In this document: in pieces, positions 14,401-36,730 of the stretch | How the letters are laid out: each line of letters begins with the position of its first letter | How positions within the stretch are numbered: the first letter of the stretch is position 1 | From: the human T2T-CHM13v2.0 reference genome, Homo sapiens | Direction of reading: 5' to 3' | Length of the DNA stretch: 64,000 bases | Assembly: GCA_009914755.4 (NCBI GenBank) | Contig: CP068257.2 | Location: forward strand, 14,464,001-14,528,000 | The notes under the pieces: model-generated | What the model was told of the DNA's origin: nothing | Seen by the model: the letters and a program-made list of their open reading frames with translations, nothing else | Databases searched by the model: none | Program-made: the position numbers and the translations under genes

Positions 14401-17400
14401 AGTACCTAGTTATCTTTGACTGTGGGCTAGACATTGTATTAGAGAAAACATTTTAGAAAAGTATTGAGGCCCAGTATAACATTATGTTTCTACACAGAGG
14501 ATTTTGGTTTGCTTTTGCTACATGTCTAGAGGTGCTAGAAAACCTAGATGCCTGTGATTCCATTTCAAGGCTTCACATTTTCTAGGCCTTTATAATGCAA
14601 ACTTGAGCTGTAAAGTACGCACATTGGGTAGTTTATTTCTGGTTCATTTGTCCTCTTAGGAAGCAATCCTTTGGAGTTGTAACCCTGGTATGCTTTAGAA
14701 GGAGTGCTTCTAAGCCCAATATAGCCAATCTTTGAGGATCATGGACACCACAGTTTGTATTTTGACCCCTGCAAGGCATTTTCACTACTCGTTTCTCAGC
14801 TTTTTCTTTATATTGGTAAGTAGCCTCAATGCAAAAGTAGCCTTAAGTACTGGGTGTGGTTTTATGAGTTCTCATCCTTTCCTGAATCTCATCCCATATT
14901 TCATCTTGAATTTATAAGTTATTTGATAAATTAAAAAAGAATTCTTTTTAATAGTTTATCAAGCTATTTTTAGTTGTTCTTAGCAGGAGGACTGATCTGA
15001 ATAGCCTACCATCAGCAGAAGCTCCTGATACTCTCTTTTCAGTGTAATTTCACTTCAACAGAAGTTGTTGGAGTAACGAGGATATGGCACATCATCATTT
15101 TCCTTAGTCCCCATACACACCGGGAGATAGGCCTAATCTCACCAATGACAGTGAATTCAGAAAACACATTAACTTTGAAATCTATTCATTTAAGATCAAA
15201 TGAAGGCTGTTAATAAGTAAGTATTCTGCTTACACCCAAAAAAGCACATTTTATGAGTTTTATGCGTAGTCTTTCTAGTGAACTATTTGGAGATTTTTTT
15301 CTTCTGTTTTTTCTTGTTCAATGCATACCACAAGGCCAGATAACTTATTATGGACAAATGCAGTTGAGTTTGAGCACATAATTAGAGTGACTGTTTAGCA
15401 ATTTTAAATTGATATAAGACATTAGCAATTGGAAAGTAACTAGTGAAAATCTGTCTGACCATAAGGTGCATACAATGGCATTTAGCCTAAAGGCCATATT
15501 CTAAGTTACCCAAAATTAATTACGAACTTAATAGTATAACTATTAGTGCATTATACTAGTATAAAGAAAGTGATAAAATGTGTTATTAAATTATTTAGAT
15601 TGTCATCAGTTTAAAATTATAAATAAAAGTAACAGTGGCATAGTATGTCCTCAGTTAACCAGAAAGCTTGGGTAAGCATATCAAATTACTGGTAATAAAC
15701 TTTACTATATGTCTCAATCATATTTCTTTGTTCCTTCCTTGTCAAAAATGTAGATTATCTGTCTAACTGCTTGAAAGGAAAATTTTCTTAATATTTTCCC
15801 TTAGGACATTCCTGTTTTATTTTGTGTCTATTTTTTTTTTTAACACTCCATAATTTTTAAAGTAACCTGGCAGGAGCCCAAGTGCATGGAATGAAAAGTC
15901 ATTCTTGGACCTATTCCATATTGCAACACCAGTCTCTTAAATCACTTTTATATGTAACATTTGTATTCTATTCAGCAAATGGTCATATTACTTACTATTC
16001 TGTTGAAACATTGCATAGGTATTTGCTTAAGACATGCATTACTCAGAGGATAATAAATTTCTTCTTGCTTAACATGTAGCACAATGCATCTAAATACTTG
16101 TATTTTTATTTCTCAAAGCTAAAGTCACTGTTTCTCTATCAGTTCTTTGCCTTCAAATACAAAAGAGGAAAATGTAATTAATGAACCAGTAATTTCGGAG
16201 TGATCATCTTTTCTCTTCCTTAGCTCACAGATATTTGCTGCTATCTGTTTTACGCTTTCACAATAACTTCCATTTGCATCACTCTTTACATGACTACATC
16301 TGAGAGAAGTGTACGGTAAGAGTTAGAAATATTACTCTTGTTTAGTAGTAGCAAAACTCAAGTGCAAGAAGCTGAGAGTCACATGGCCCTGTTCAGCTTC
16401 TGGTCCGGTACTCCCTCCAATAACCCTAGTTTGTCTTTTTCTCTTCATTTTTACTGATTTCTATCCCACCCGTGCATTTGTTTTGAGATTTCAGCTCTTG
16501 TGACATCATCTCTGCAAATTATGCATTGAGATTTTTGAGAGATTTCTTGAAATTTCTGTTTAATGAGTGGTGTTAATGTAACATATAGATTTTAATATCT
16601 GGAAAACTTCATTTTTTATCATCCACTACTTTCTCTTAATTAATTTAACATCATTTGCCTTTCTTACTGGTCATAGTATAATTCTGAGGTAATAAGGTGG
16701 CATTTTTAATTTAACTATTCATAGAACTTCTGGGAGAAATTTTATGTCTAGTTCAGAAGGCATGGCAGCATTTTAAATTTGATTGTGGAGTATTCTAACC
16801 AAATCTTCAAGAGCCGTAACTCGAGGTGAAACCTGCCAACAGTAAGTTCTTCTCGTAGCCCAAGGCTTGTTTGGTTTTGATTAGTTTTACTAGACTTCAT
16901 TTGGTTTCAATTAAACCTTGAGACAGGCTAGTGACTTTCATGAAACGTGGGTTTCTCAAGTTAGAAAATAATTCTTTTGTGTGGACGAGTGTAACGTTTT
17001 CTTCACTGAAAGAAAATATCTACTCAAAGATAATTTTGGAAGATTTTATAATCACATTGCAAAGAGATTTTTATACATTGAACTGTCTCATATTATGTTT
17101 CTTAAAAATTATTATATTGTATTCTTAAATGGCAAAATGAAAATCACTCCATATGCTTCCAAAGCAATAATAAGAAATATTTAACTATATAAGTATAACA
17201 ACATTTTATATTTAACTGCATATTGTTAATTTGATTTTAAAATAAGCAGCTATTCTGGGGAGTTCCAGAAATTTTTAAATTCATTTATTTTTCTAAAAGG
17301 CTTTCTTTTAGTATTACATTATCTTAGGTCGTGTTCAAATGAAATGATTTTCCTGAGTCGCAAGTCCTTTATTACTTAAAAACTGTAACAACATAACATC

Positions 17401-18880
17401 ACTGGATATGAGTTGAAAATCGTGCATAGTATTTTTATGCAAAGGTAGAAGGAGAAGCATAAAGTTATAAACATATTGTATACCCTAAACAAAGAAAACT
17501 GTGGTCTGTAGTCCTCAGAGAAAAATCTCAGGTGTAAGTTCCTTTTGTATTCCAAATTTTTTTTGATCCTAAACAAAATCCTTTATTAATCCTTATTAAA
17601 AAAATTCCATGTTGGGTAATAAAGATAAATAGAAAACAAACTCAAAAGTAGTGTTTGAAGTGATAGAAGATGTACATTTCTCTTTCTGTGAATTCATAAA
17701 CCCTGGCTTCAGATACTATTGATTTTTACCCAGAGGCATCATTAAATACCCCACCATCTGTTTAAGATTATGCCAAAAATATTGCAGTTATAAATATAGG
17801 GCACGTGTATAAAAATTAGATGTATCAAGTTAAGGATATTATCATAATGCTCTTCTATATTCTCAGCATGAAACAAAAATATTAATAAATATGTGAATAT
17901 TCTGCTTGTAAATATGTCTGTAGAATTTAAAACTGATAAATAAATTTGTTCAGAAATGTAGAATTTAACATTTACCACTCGGAAAACAAGAGCAGATCAC
18001 CTCTTGAATAAGTGTCTTCCAATTTTGTTTCTAACACAGCAAATATTTTATATTTACAATTTAAAAAATTGAATTCTCCAAGTATTATGTTCCAAGATTT
18101 AAATAAGATTAACGACCCCTTCAAATATTTTTGTTGAGAGCTGTTTATTAATACCTTATGTGGTCACATCAATTAAAATTAATGACATCTGGTATACAAG
18201 TGAATAATTTCTTTACATATTTTATCATATTTGAATAAATAGAATGAAGAACAAAGCACTGACTTTTTATTCATACTACCAGGTTTGGATTTGGATTCTG
18301 CTATGAATTCATCATGTGCCTTTGGGATCTTTTCCTTTCTGGGCTTACCTTTCATCAAATGGAAAGAACTAGAAGCTCTCAATGGTTCTTTCTACCTTTA
18401 ACATTTTATTGGTTATTTACAAATTATAAACATTTAGTTTGGTTAGCATAGGCTGTATGTTTATATATAGGCTATATAATTATGTGCTTTATATCTCTAG
18501 TAATTAAAAATTATTTTTTTTACCTTGTAAATTTAAATTTATCATGAAGGAAGCAGAACTAGTTACATTGGTAAATATGTTCATTCACTATTACACTATT
18601 ACTTCTGAATGAACACACATTATTTTCTCTATAGACCAAGAACTGTCTATTAATCTATTAAAATATATTTTCTCAAAACTGATCCCAGGGTGCTAGGGAC
18701 ACAAAATTCAAAGATAAATAAGAAATTAAATTTGGCTGTGTGATGTTGAAATGTAAGTAAGCAAATAAAATAAAATGTGATCAAACTTTATCAGTTCGAG
18801 TTTTTATTACCAGCAAATTCCAATTTTATTGACACAGAATTATCTCAGATTAGCAAAAATAAGTGGTGGTACTTTTTTTC

Positions 18881-25052
<6,172 letters not shown>

Positions 25053-27266
25053 GTGGTACTTTTTTCAATGCTTAAAAGAATGGAAACAATCTATTTAGAA
25101 AGTGAACATGTATTATAGATTTCAGCATGTCCATTAGAAGATGGTTTACTAGAACTATTTCTTTTTGCATATAGAGGAACAAACTTGAACAGAAAACTCT
25201 CAGTCTTTGTACTGAATTTCCTTGTCTTGAAAGAAATGAGGAGGTAGTGACCAGCATTTTTATTAGAATGTCAGAGGTGCCTCTCATAAACTACTTGAAC
25301 GCTGACTTCAAGAGTTGCAATGATCAAAAAAAAATGCAGAAAATGAACTAGTAGATAACTGTGGGAGATGGAAGGTGTTGATGGCATTCACCACAGGTAT
25401 GCACTTGTCCACTTATTTTCTTGGCTGGATTAATGAAAGGATGAGGAACCTGTTTTTATTTTTTATTTTTTTAAGGCAGAAAGATCTTCGCAACTATCAA
25501 TATGGTGAAATGAAAAACAACTACCCATTTTCTTGTCCTCTTTTATCCTTGATTGTAGTTATGTAAAAAGCTTTACTCGTTAAAAAAAATTAAATGTTTG
25601 GCCAAGTCATGGGATCAACTCAGGATTTTATTATAACCCAGATCTTGGCTAACCACATTTTCTTAAAATGTCCAGTAGACTGAATTGCACCCGTGGCTTC
25701 TAACATGAACGGCTGGAGCCAAGAATGCTTGCGTGAAAGCAGCCAGCCACCAAAACACAATGGGATTTATTCCTTCATTCTGGGTTTAAAGAAAGGATCT
25801 TAAAGATCCAACCTTTTAGCCTAGAAAGCTTTGTAAACCTTTTCAAATACCTCTGAGGAATCTGCATACTTTGTAGCTCAACTTATTAGTCTATTTCATT
25901 CACACGAGGAGATTCTCCACTCTAAACACTCTGACTTGCAGAGGATGGAATACCAAGTAGGTGTACTCTGGATTGGGGCTTTGATAAAAACCTTTCAAAG
26001 AAGAACCATAGTACAACAGTTTTTGGGATACAGTTTCTGGAATAATGTAAAATGGTGAAATGTAGGCAGATTTTTGTAACCCTGCTAGTAAGCTAATTAA
26101 GAGTATGTATTTCTGTATTGGTTGAAGAAGTTTTATTTTTTCCTTTAAGAAATTTCTATGAAATGCAAGCTATTATAATGAGAAAGAATTGTTCCTTTGC
26201 CAATTTTAAAGCCTTTGGAGACATTAGTGTATTAACCCCACATGGTATCTGAAGGGAGCATTGAACTGGCAGCCAGAATTCCTGAGTTCTGGCCTTGAAA
26301 CTGGTATGTGCTACTGATATTATCTTGAGCATATTCATTCATCTGTCCTGGAAGAGATCATGAATGCTAATCAAATATTCCATGTGTTCATCAATATTTG
26401 CAAGCATCCCCTGTGGCTATGTTGGGGTCATGTGACAAGTGCAGGACATAAGTCCAAGGGATGTTTGTCTTCCAGTTTGAAGGAGTTAAGTGAACCAGGA
26501 TAAATTTTCAATAATCTTTGTCATCTGCAAAGCAGCAAACAAAGGTTTTAAAATGGCCAAGTTGCAAGATGGGAGCAAGGAGATCTCTGAGTTGTAAAAA
26601 GAAGAGGAAAGCCATTTGTTCATTGCGACATGAAAAGGAAATAAATATTTGCTGTATCAAGCTACGTGAATCTGGGGGTTGTTTTGTGCCACAGCATAGC
26701 AAATCCTATGTTGACTAGCGTCTCTCCAGGAGTCATCATAAGCTGAGGGGTTTGGAGACTTCTTAATTCTGTTCCAGTTTGTATTCCTGAAATTGTCTTT
26801 GGGCATATGACCTTCATTTTACAAAAGAAAGAACAGAGAAGTTTGGAGATAACTGACTAAAGTCACAAAGTAAGTTTGTGGCCATGCTGCACGATGTATT
26901 TCTCTGGGACCCTGTAGATTCATATTCCCCAGGTATATTTCTCCACAACCTATGAGATTAACTGTGGGATCATTCAAATTGACCATTAACAAAATGCTAG
27001 ATTGATTCTCTTCCTGTCTACTAGGTTTTGTTCACTTAGACATGATGTAATTCTGTGATGCAATGGATAATACGGCATTCAACATCCTGACCTTAATACC
27101 AGAGACTTATCTATCAGATTATGGAGTCTGATAGTATACATATTATGTCTATTTTCAACTGGGGAAAAATTCTACCTCTGTGTTTAGTTTTGAGGTGGTT
27201 ATTGAACAAGAACCTATGATAGACCCCAAAGCTATTTTCACAAAACTTGAATTTAGAAATTTAATG

Positions 27267-27786
27267 CAGGGGTCCCCAACCCTCGGGCCATGGACTGGTA
27301 CCAGTCCTTGGTCTGTTAGGAACTGGCCACATAGCAGGAGGTGAGTGGCAAGCAAGCAAAGGAAGGTTCATCTGTATTTACAGCTGCTCCTTATCACTGG
27401 CAATACCACCTGAGCTCTGCCTCCTGTCAGATCAGAGGCAGCATTAGATCCTCATAGGAGCGTGAACCCTATTGTGAACTGCACGTATGAGGGATCTAGG
27501 TTGCACACTCCTTATGAGAATCTAATGCCTGATGATTGTCACTGTCTCCCATCACCTCTGGATGGGACCATCTAGTTGTAGAAAAATAAGCTCAGGGCTC
27601 CCACTGATTCTGCATGAAGGTGAGTTGTATTATTCTTTCTTTATATATTACAATGTAATAATAATAAAGTTCACAATAAATGTAATGCTCTTGAATCATC
27701 CCGAAACCATCACCTTAGTCCCAGTCCATGGAAAAGTTGTCTTGCAGGAAATTGATCCCAGGTGCCAATAAGGTTGGGGACTGCTG
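27267..27786. mobile_element. Non-autonomous palindromic hAT-type DNA transposon (MITE-like, ~520 bp)
   Basis: Terminal inverted repeats 'caggggtccccaacc' ... 'ggttggggactgctg' (reverse complement cagcagtccccaacc). Flanked by an 8-bp direct repeat, 'atttaatg' at 27259-27266 and 'aattaatg' at 27787-27794, as expected for the hAT superfamily. The internal sequence is roughly self-complementary. Confidence 0.6.
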
Positions 27787-29329
27787 AATTAATGCATTTG
27801 TAACTACCTGGTAGTTTCTTGTCTTTGGCATCCGGGATGGATATAATTGTCCTCCCAATTGTCAAGTGTCAAAATGTAAAATATAGTACACATAAACAAA
27901 TATTGATGAGGATAAAATGAGTTAATATCTGTAAAGTCCCTAGGACAGAGCCTGGCATAGAATTAACAATATACAGGTGTTTATTAAGTAACACAAAGGT
28001 GATTATGATGGATCATGAGACACTGTGAGCTAGGATCTAGTTGACATCTCCTTTAATTTTCCTCTTATAGAACCCCAGATACATGTCATCCGATTTCTAT
28101 TTAACCATATTTTTGTGCTAGGAAATATGATTTTGTAGTACATGGTAAAATATTTTTACTTAGGACCCATCATTATCTCAATTAAAAATAAGAAAACAGG
28201 CTAAGAGGAGTTAAGAGGTTTACCCAAGTTTACAAAGCTGTCAATGTCCTTCACTATCTGCCTAGGAAGTTCATAATCTTTCCTAGGCAGTCTTCTATAT
28301 CACTGTCTCCATTATTAGTAGGAGTAGCAGTGCCATGTGATTTGAGCATGGCAGCCCACAAGTTCCACTATTAACTTTCTGCAGGGTAGGAATCACTTCA
28401 GCCAAGATCTGGAGCTCAAGCAATTTCCCTCTGGGTGAGCAGCATTTATTATTCAAATACACTTATTTAATAAACTTAATTATTACATATTCAACTATTT
28501 AATAATCTGTGCTAGCATTTTATCATGGTTTCACATTTGTTTTTTCTCTAACCTTTTTGAAGCTTTTTTCCTAGCAGCTAAGGTGTGTCACACCAACCAT
28601 CTTAAAGACAAGGCCAGGCACATGGTGAATATTTGTTGATTGTACAGTTGCTAAAAGGAGACAAGTTCAAATGAGTCACTTATAGAAGCATTTGGACTTC
28701 AACAGATCGTCAAGTGTTTGAAAACTCTTATCACTACCATGTCTTGTTTCTGGGACATTTTGGTTTTCTGCATTAGGAAAACATCAGATACCTCAGTTTG
28801 AACACTGTGGAGCTTGCAATTTACTCACACTATTATGTCACTTATGTTCTTGTGATCATTTACTGGAAATTATGTCATTCTACTTCTCTCTGCTTCATAG
28901 GGGAATCTTAATTCCAATCCATCCTTCTACATTACTTCTAATAAATCTAATTTTTGCTTTGTTTTTGTTAAGGAGTATCCTGCCACCATTGTACTCTAGA
29001 CATAATCTCATTCATAGCATGAGAGATACTCTGCAGATTGTGTATTTGCCTTATTTTAAAAATTGAAGTTTTTTAAAAGACTCTATTTAAAGACTCTAAA
29101 GACTATTGTATGCATTGCTATTGTTAACAACTGAAACCATATCATTCTTGCCATTATTTTAAGATAAGACAAATCATTTGTTCCCTGGGATGGAAATGAG
29201 CTCCTTTTCTTGTAGGTTTGTGTATTTTTCCAACCCATATATGATTATAAGTTTCTTCCAGTAACCTTCAAAATTCTTTATCTCCTTAGGGTTAATATAG
29301 TGAAATAATTACTTGGGAAAATGGGAGGC

Positions 29330-29475
29330 ATAGCTTTGCTTTTGAAGTCTAGCTTTACTACTTGGTACCCACGTAATACTGAACAACATATTTAATCTCC
29401 CTGATCCTCATTTTCCTTTTGGGTAAAAGGAGAATAATGTGCATATAGAATAGGGATTAAAGGCATGGACTCTCA
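29330..29475 (+). mobile_element. MIR-like SINE fragment (low confidence)
   Basis: '...atctccctgatcctcattttccttttgggtaaaaggagaataat...atagaatagggattaaaggcat' resembles the MIR core (CCTCTCTGTGCCTCAGTTTCCTCATCTGTAAAATGGGGATAATAAT...GGATTAAATGAG). Confidence 0.3.
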
Positions 29476-29629
29476 AGCTATTTTGCCTAGTTTGAAGCTT
29501 CACTGTGCCCTATTTTGCCTATGATATCATTGGCAATTACTTAACTCTTCGTGGTGCAGTTTTCACGGTAAAAAATTAGGGAAGCAATTGGATCTTCTTC
29601 GTATGGTGATAGAAATATTTTTATATGTG

Positions 29630-31530
29630 CTTTTTCTTTCAGATTGTAATGGAGGTTCGAAATAAAGCTTGCTCAAGTCCCTCCTATCAAGTGGCATAGT
29701 ATTTGTATATAACCTATGCACATCCTCCCATATACCATAAATCATCTCTGGATTACTTATAATAACTGATACAATGTAAATACTGTGTAAATACAGTCAG
29801 GTGCTACATAAAAACTTTTCACTCAATAATGCTCCACATATATGATGGTGGTCCCATAAGATAATAATATAGCTAAAAAATTTCTATTCTCTAGTGACCT
29901 TGTAGCCATATGCATTATTCACATGTTGGTGGTGATGCTGGTATAAACAAACCTACACATACGATTACACACGGTACATAATACTTAGTAATGATAGTAA
30001 ACGACTACGTTACCGGTTTATGTGTTTAGAGTACTAAACATTTTATGGTTATTTTGAGTGTACTCTTTTTACTTAAAAAAAAAAAGTTAATTGTAAAACA
30101 GCCTCAGGCAGGTCCATCAGGAGGTATTCCAGAAGAAGGCATTGTTACCATAGGGGATGACAGTTTCATTGGTGTTATTGTCCCTGAAAACCTTCCAGTG
30201 AGAAAAGATGTGGAGCTGGAAGAGAGTGACATTGATGGTCCTGACCTTGTGCAGGGCTAGTCTAATGCATTTGTTGATGTCTTAGTTTTTAAGAAAAACA
30301 TTTAAAACATAAAAAATTAAAATCATAAAACAAGTAAACGAAGAAGGAAAATATTTTTTGTGTGGCTGTAAAATGTGTTTGTGCTTTAAGCTAAGTGTTG
30401 ATACAAGAGTAAAAAAGCTTAAAAATTAAAAAGTTTGTAACATAAAAAAGTTACAGTAAACTAAGTTTAATTTATTATTGAAGAAAAACATGAATTTAGT
30501 GTAGCCTAGGTTCACAGTGTTTACAAAGTCTACAGTACATACAGAAATGTCCTAGGCCTTCACATTCACTCACCGCTCACTCACTGACGCACACAGAGTA
30601 ACTTCTAGGCTTGCATGCTCCATTCATGGTAAATGCCTGTATTAGGCTGTTCTTGCATTGCTATAAGGAAATATCTGAGACTGAGTAACTTATAAAGAAA
30701 AGAGGTTTAAATGGCTCCAATTCTGCAGGCTTCACAGGAATCATGGTGCTCGCATCTGCTCACCTTTGGGTGAAACCTCAGGGAGCTTTCAAGCATGGTG
30801 AAAGGTGAAGGGAGAATAGGCATGTCACTTGGCAGAAGCAGGAGCAAGAGACAGCAAGAGGGAGAGAGAGACGCAGACAGAGAGACAAAGAGACAGAGTG
30901 AGTGAGAGGAGGTGCACATACTTTTAAACAACCAGATATCACAAGAACTCACTCACTATGGCAAAGACAGCACCAAGCCATGAGGGACCTGCCCCCATGA
31001 CCCAAACTCTTCCCACCAGGCCTCACTTCCAGCACTGGGGATTACAAGGCAACATGAGATTTAGATGGGGACAAATATCCAAACTGTATCAGTGCTCTAG
31101 AGAGGTGTACCGTTTTTATCTTTTATGCCTTATTTTTAGTGTTCCTTTTCTATGTTTAGATACACAAATCCTTACCATGTGTTGTAATTGCTTATCGTAT
31201 TCAGTACAGTAACATACTGCACAGGTGTGTGGCCTATGAGTAACAGGCTATTCCATATGGCCTAGATATGTAGTGGCTACTATCTAAGCTTGTGTTAATA
31301 CACTCTATGATAATTTCACTGACAGAATCACCTGAGCACACATTTCTTAGAACGTATCTTTGTCTTTAAGCTGTGCATGATTGTAGTTGTTGTACTGCAT
31401 TGTTTTTAAAATTTGTATCATTTTTACAGCTATATTGTTATTTTTTATGGCTTCATTTTTTTCCAAGTGTTTTTGATCCAGAGTTGGTTGAATTTGTGGA
31501 TACATAACCTTCTGATAAGGAGGGCTGACG
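29630..31530 (+). mobile_element. ERVL-MaLR internal region (THE1-int/MST-int-like), non-coding remnant
   Basis: Matches the MaLR internal sequence: '...gcttgctcaagtccctcc...aacctatgcacatcctcccatatacc...tgatacaatgtaaatactgtgtaaatacagtcaggtgctacataa...gatggtggtcccataagataataat...ccagaagaaggcattgttaccataggggatgac...gtgtagcctaggttcacagtgtttacaaagtctacagtacat...ccattcatggtaaatgcc' [nested LTR] '...ttttctatgtttagatacacaaatccttaccatgtgttgtaattgc...ttggttgaatttgtggatacat...gagggctgacggta'. Confidence 0.6.
30638..31091 (-). mobile_element. THE1/MST-type MaLR solo LTR nested inside the MaLR internal region
   Basis: Reverse complement of the MaLR LTR: 'tgtattaggctgttcttgcattgctataaggaaatatctgagactgagtaacttataaagaaaagaggtttaaatggctc...catggtgaaaggtgaagggag...cctgcccccatgacccaaactcttcccaccaggcctcacttccagcactggggattacaaggcaacatgagatttagatgggg...ccaaactgtatca'. 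Contains a short (GA)-rich run at 30871-30920. Confidence 0.7.
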
Positions 31531-31533
31531 GTA

Positions 31534-31860
31534 TGTCTTAGTGCTTTGATTATACTTCAGAGGTCTGTAAACTTTCTATAACAGGTCAGATAGTAAATTT
31601 TTAAGACTTTTGGGACACCTATACAAGTCTGCCATTGTATAGCAAAAGTCATTATAGATAATGTATAAACAAATTGGCGTGATTTTGGTCAATAAAACTG
31701 TATTCACAAAAACAGCCTTAGGCTGGCTTTGGCCCATCAGTCATACTTTGCTGACCCCTGATCTGACTGTTGGTTAACACAAATTTGATCCCATCAGGCA
31801 ATTTTGCCTTTTCTTCCCCAGATTACAGATACTCCGTCTCTGTAGCTCTGAATTTGTACT
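31534..31860 (+). mobile_element. MaLR-type LTR (probable 3' LTR of the MaLR element); right boundary uncertain
   Basis: Begins with TGTC right after the internal 'gagggctgacggta'. Contains 'ataacaggtcagatagtaaatttttaagactttt...ctgccattgtatagcaaaagtcattatagataatgtataaacaaattggcgtgattttggtcaataaaactgtattcacaaaaacagcc...ggctttggccc...ctttgctgacccctg', which matches the MST/MLT-type LTR consensus I recall (GGCCAGATAGTAAATATTTTAGG...TTCCAATAAAACTTTATTTACAAAAACAGG...TTTGCCGACCCCTG). Confidence 0.5.
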
Positions 31861-32800
31861 TTATTTCTCTTGCTCATCTAAAAGCATTCAATTTTCAATT
31901 GTTTAACTAACAAGCTTTTTGAGCTGCGTGCCAGAGCAGAGATCAATTTTAGTGTTAATTCGTAGTCGTTAAATAGAATTAGGAATAAATTTTTAGAATC
32001 AAATATACTCAGAATAGAGGAAATTTTCTACTTTCATCTATCTCTCTTGATGGACTAAGGTGAGAATATACATCCTCAACTTCTCCCCATAGGTCCCTAA
32101 TAGATACCCAAACTTGCAGTATACAAAATCAAACTCCTTATTTTCACCCTCTAATCCATTCCCCCTGCAATCTTCTTCTTCCTTGCAGTTCTTCAGTTCA
32201 AAATTTTTAGGTCATCCTTGACCGTTTGCTCTTTGACATTCCACATGGAATTCAACAGAAACTTTCTCTGGGACTGTCTTCAGCATATACCCAGCTCTGG
32301 CTACTTTGCACAACCATTGACACCACCACTGAGTGATGGGGAAGAAACAAAATATTTCCACAAGTAACCTTTTTACTCAGTAACTCAGGATGTTTTTCAA
32401 TTTGAGAGACGATGAAGTATAAGGCTAAAATTTAAACCATATCAAGATCATTTATTATTAAGATTATTCTATATATAGTATGTTTATTGTCCTTTTGAGT
32501 AAGTTTTGTTTTGTATTTTCCAATTGGGTTGTGTTGTCTCATGAAATGGCTATTTACTTTGCTGTGTCATGTATTTAGGCCATTTTACTCAACATTGAAA
32601 ATAATTTTCTTAGTGTCTTTGGCATTTTTGGAGCATAAGTCTTTCTTCAAGATGAAATTTTCTTTTCCCCTCCAATATAGGCATTTCTTGTTTTATTACA
32701 CTTTGCTCTATTGCTTAGCAGATATTGTGGATTATTTTTTTCAAATTGAAAGTTTGTGGTGACCTTCTGTCAAGCAAGTGTAGTGTCATTACTTGTCTTC

Positions 32801-36730
<3,930 letters not shown>

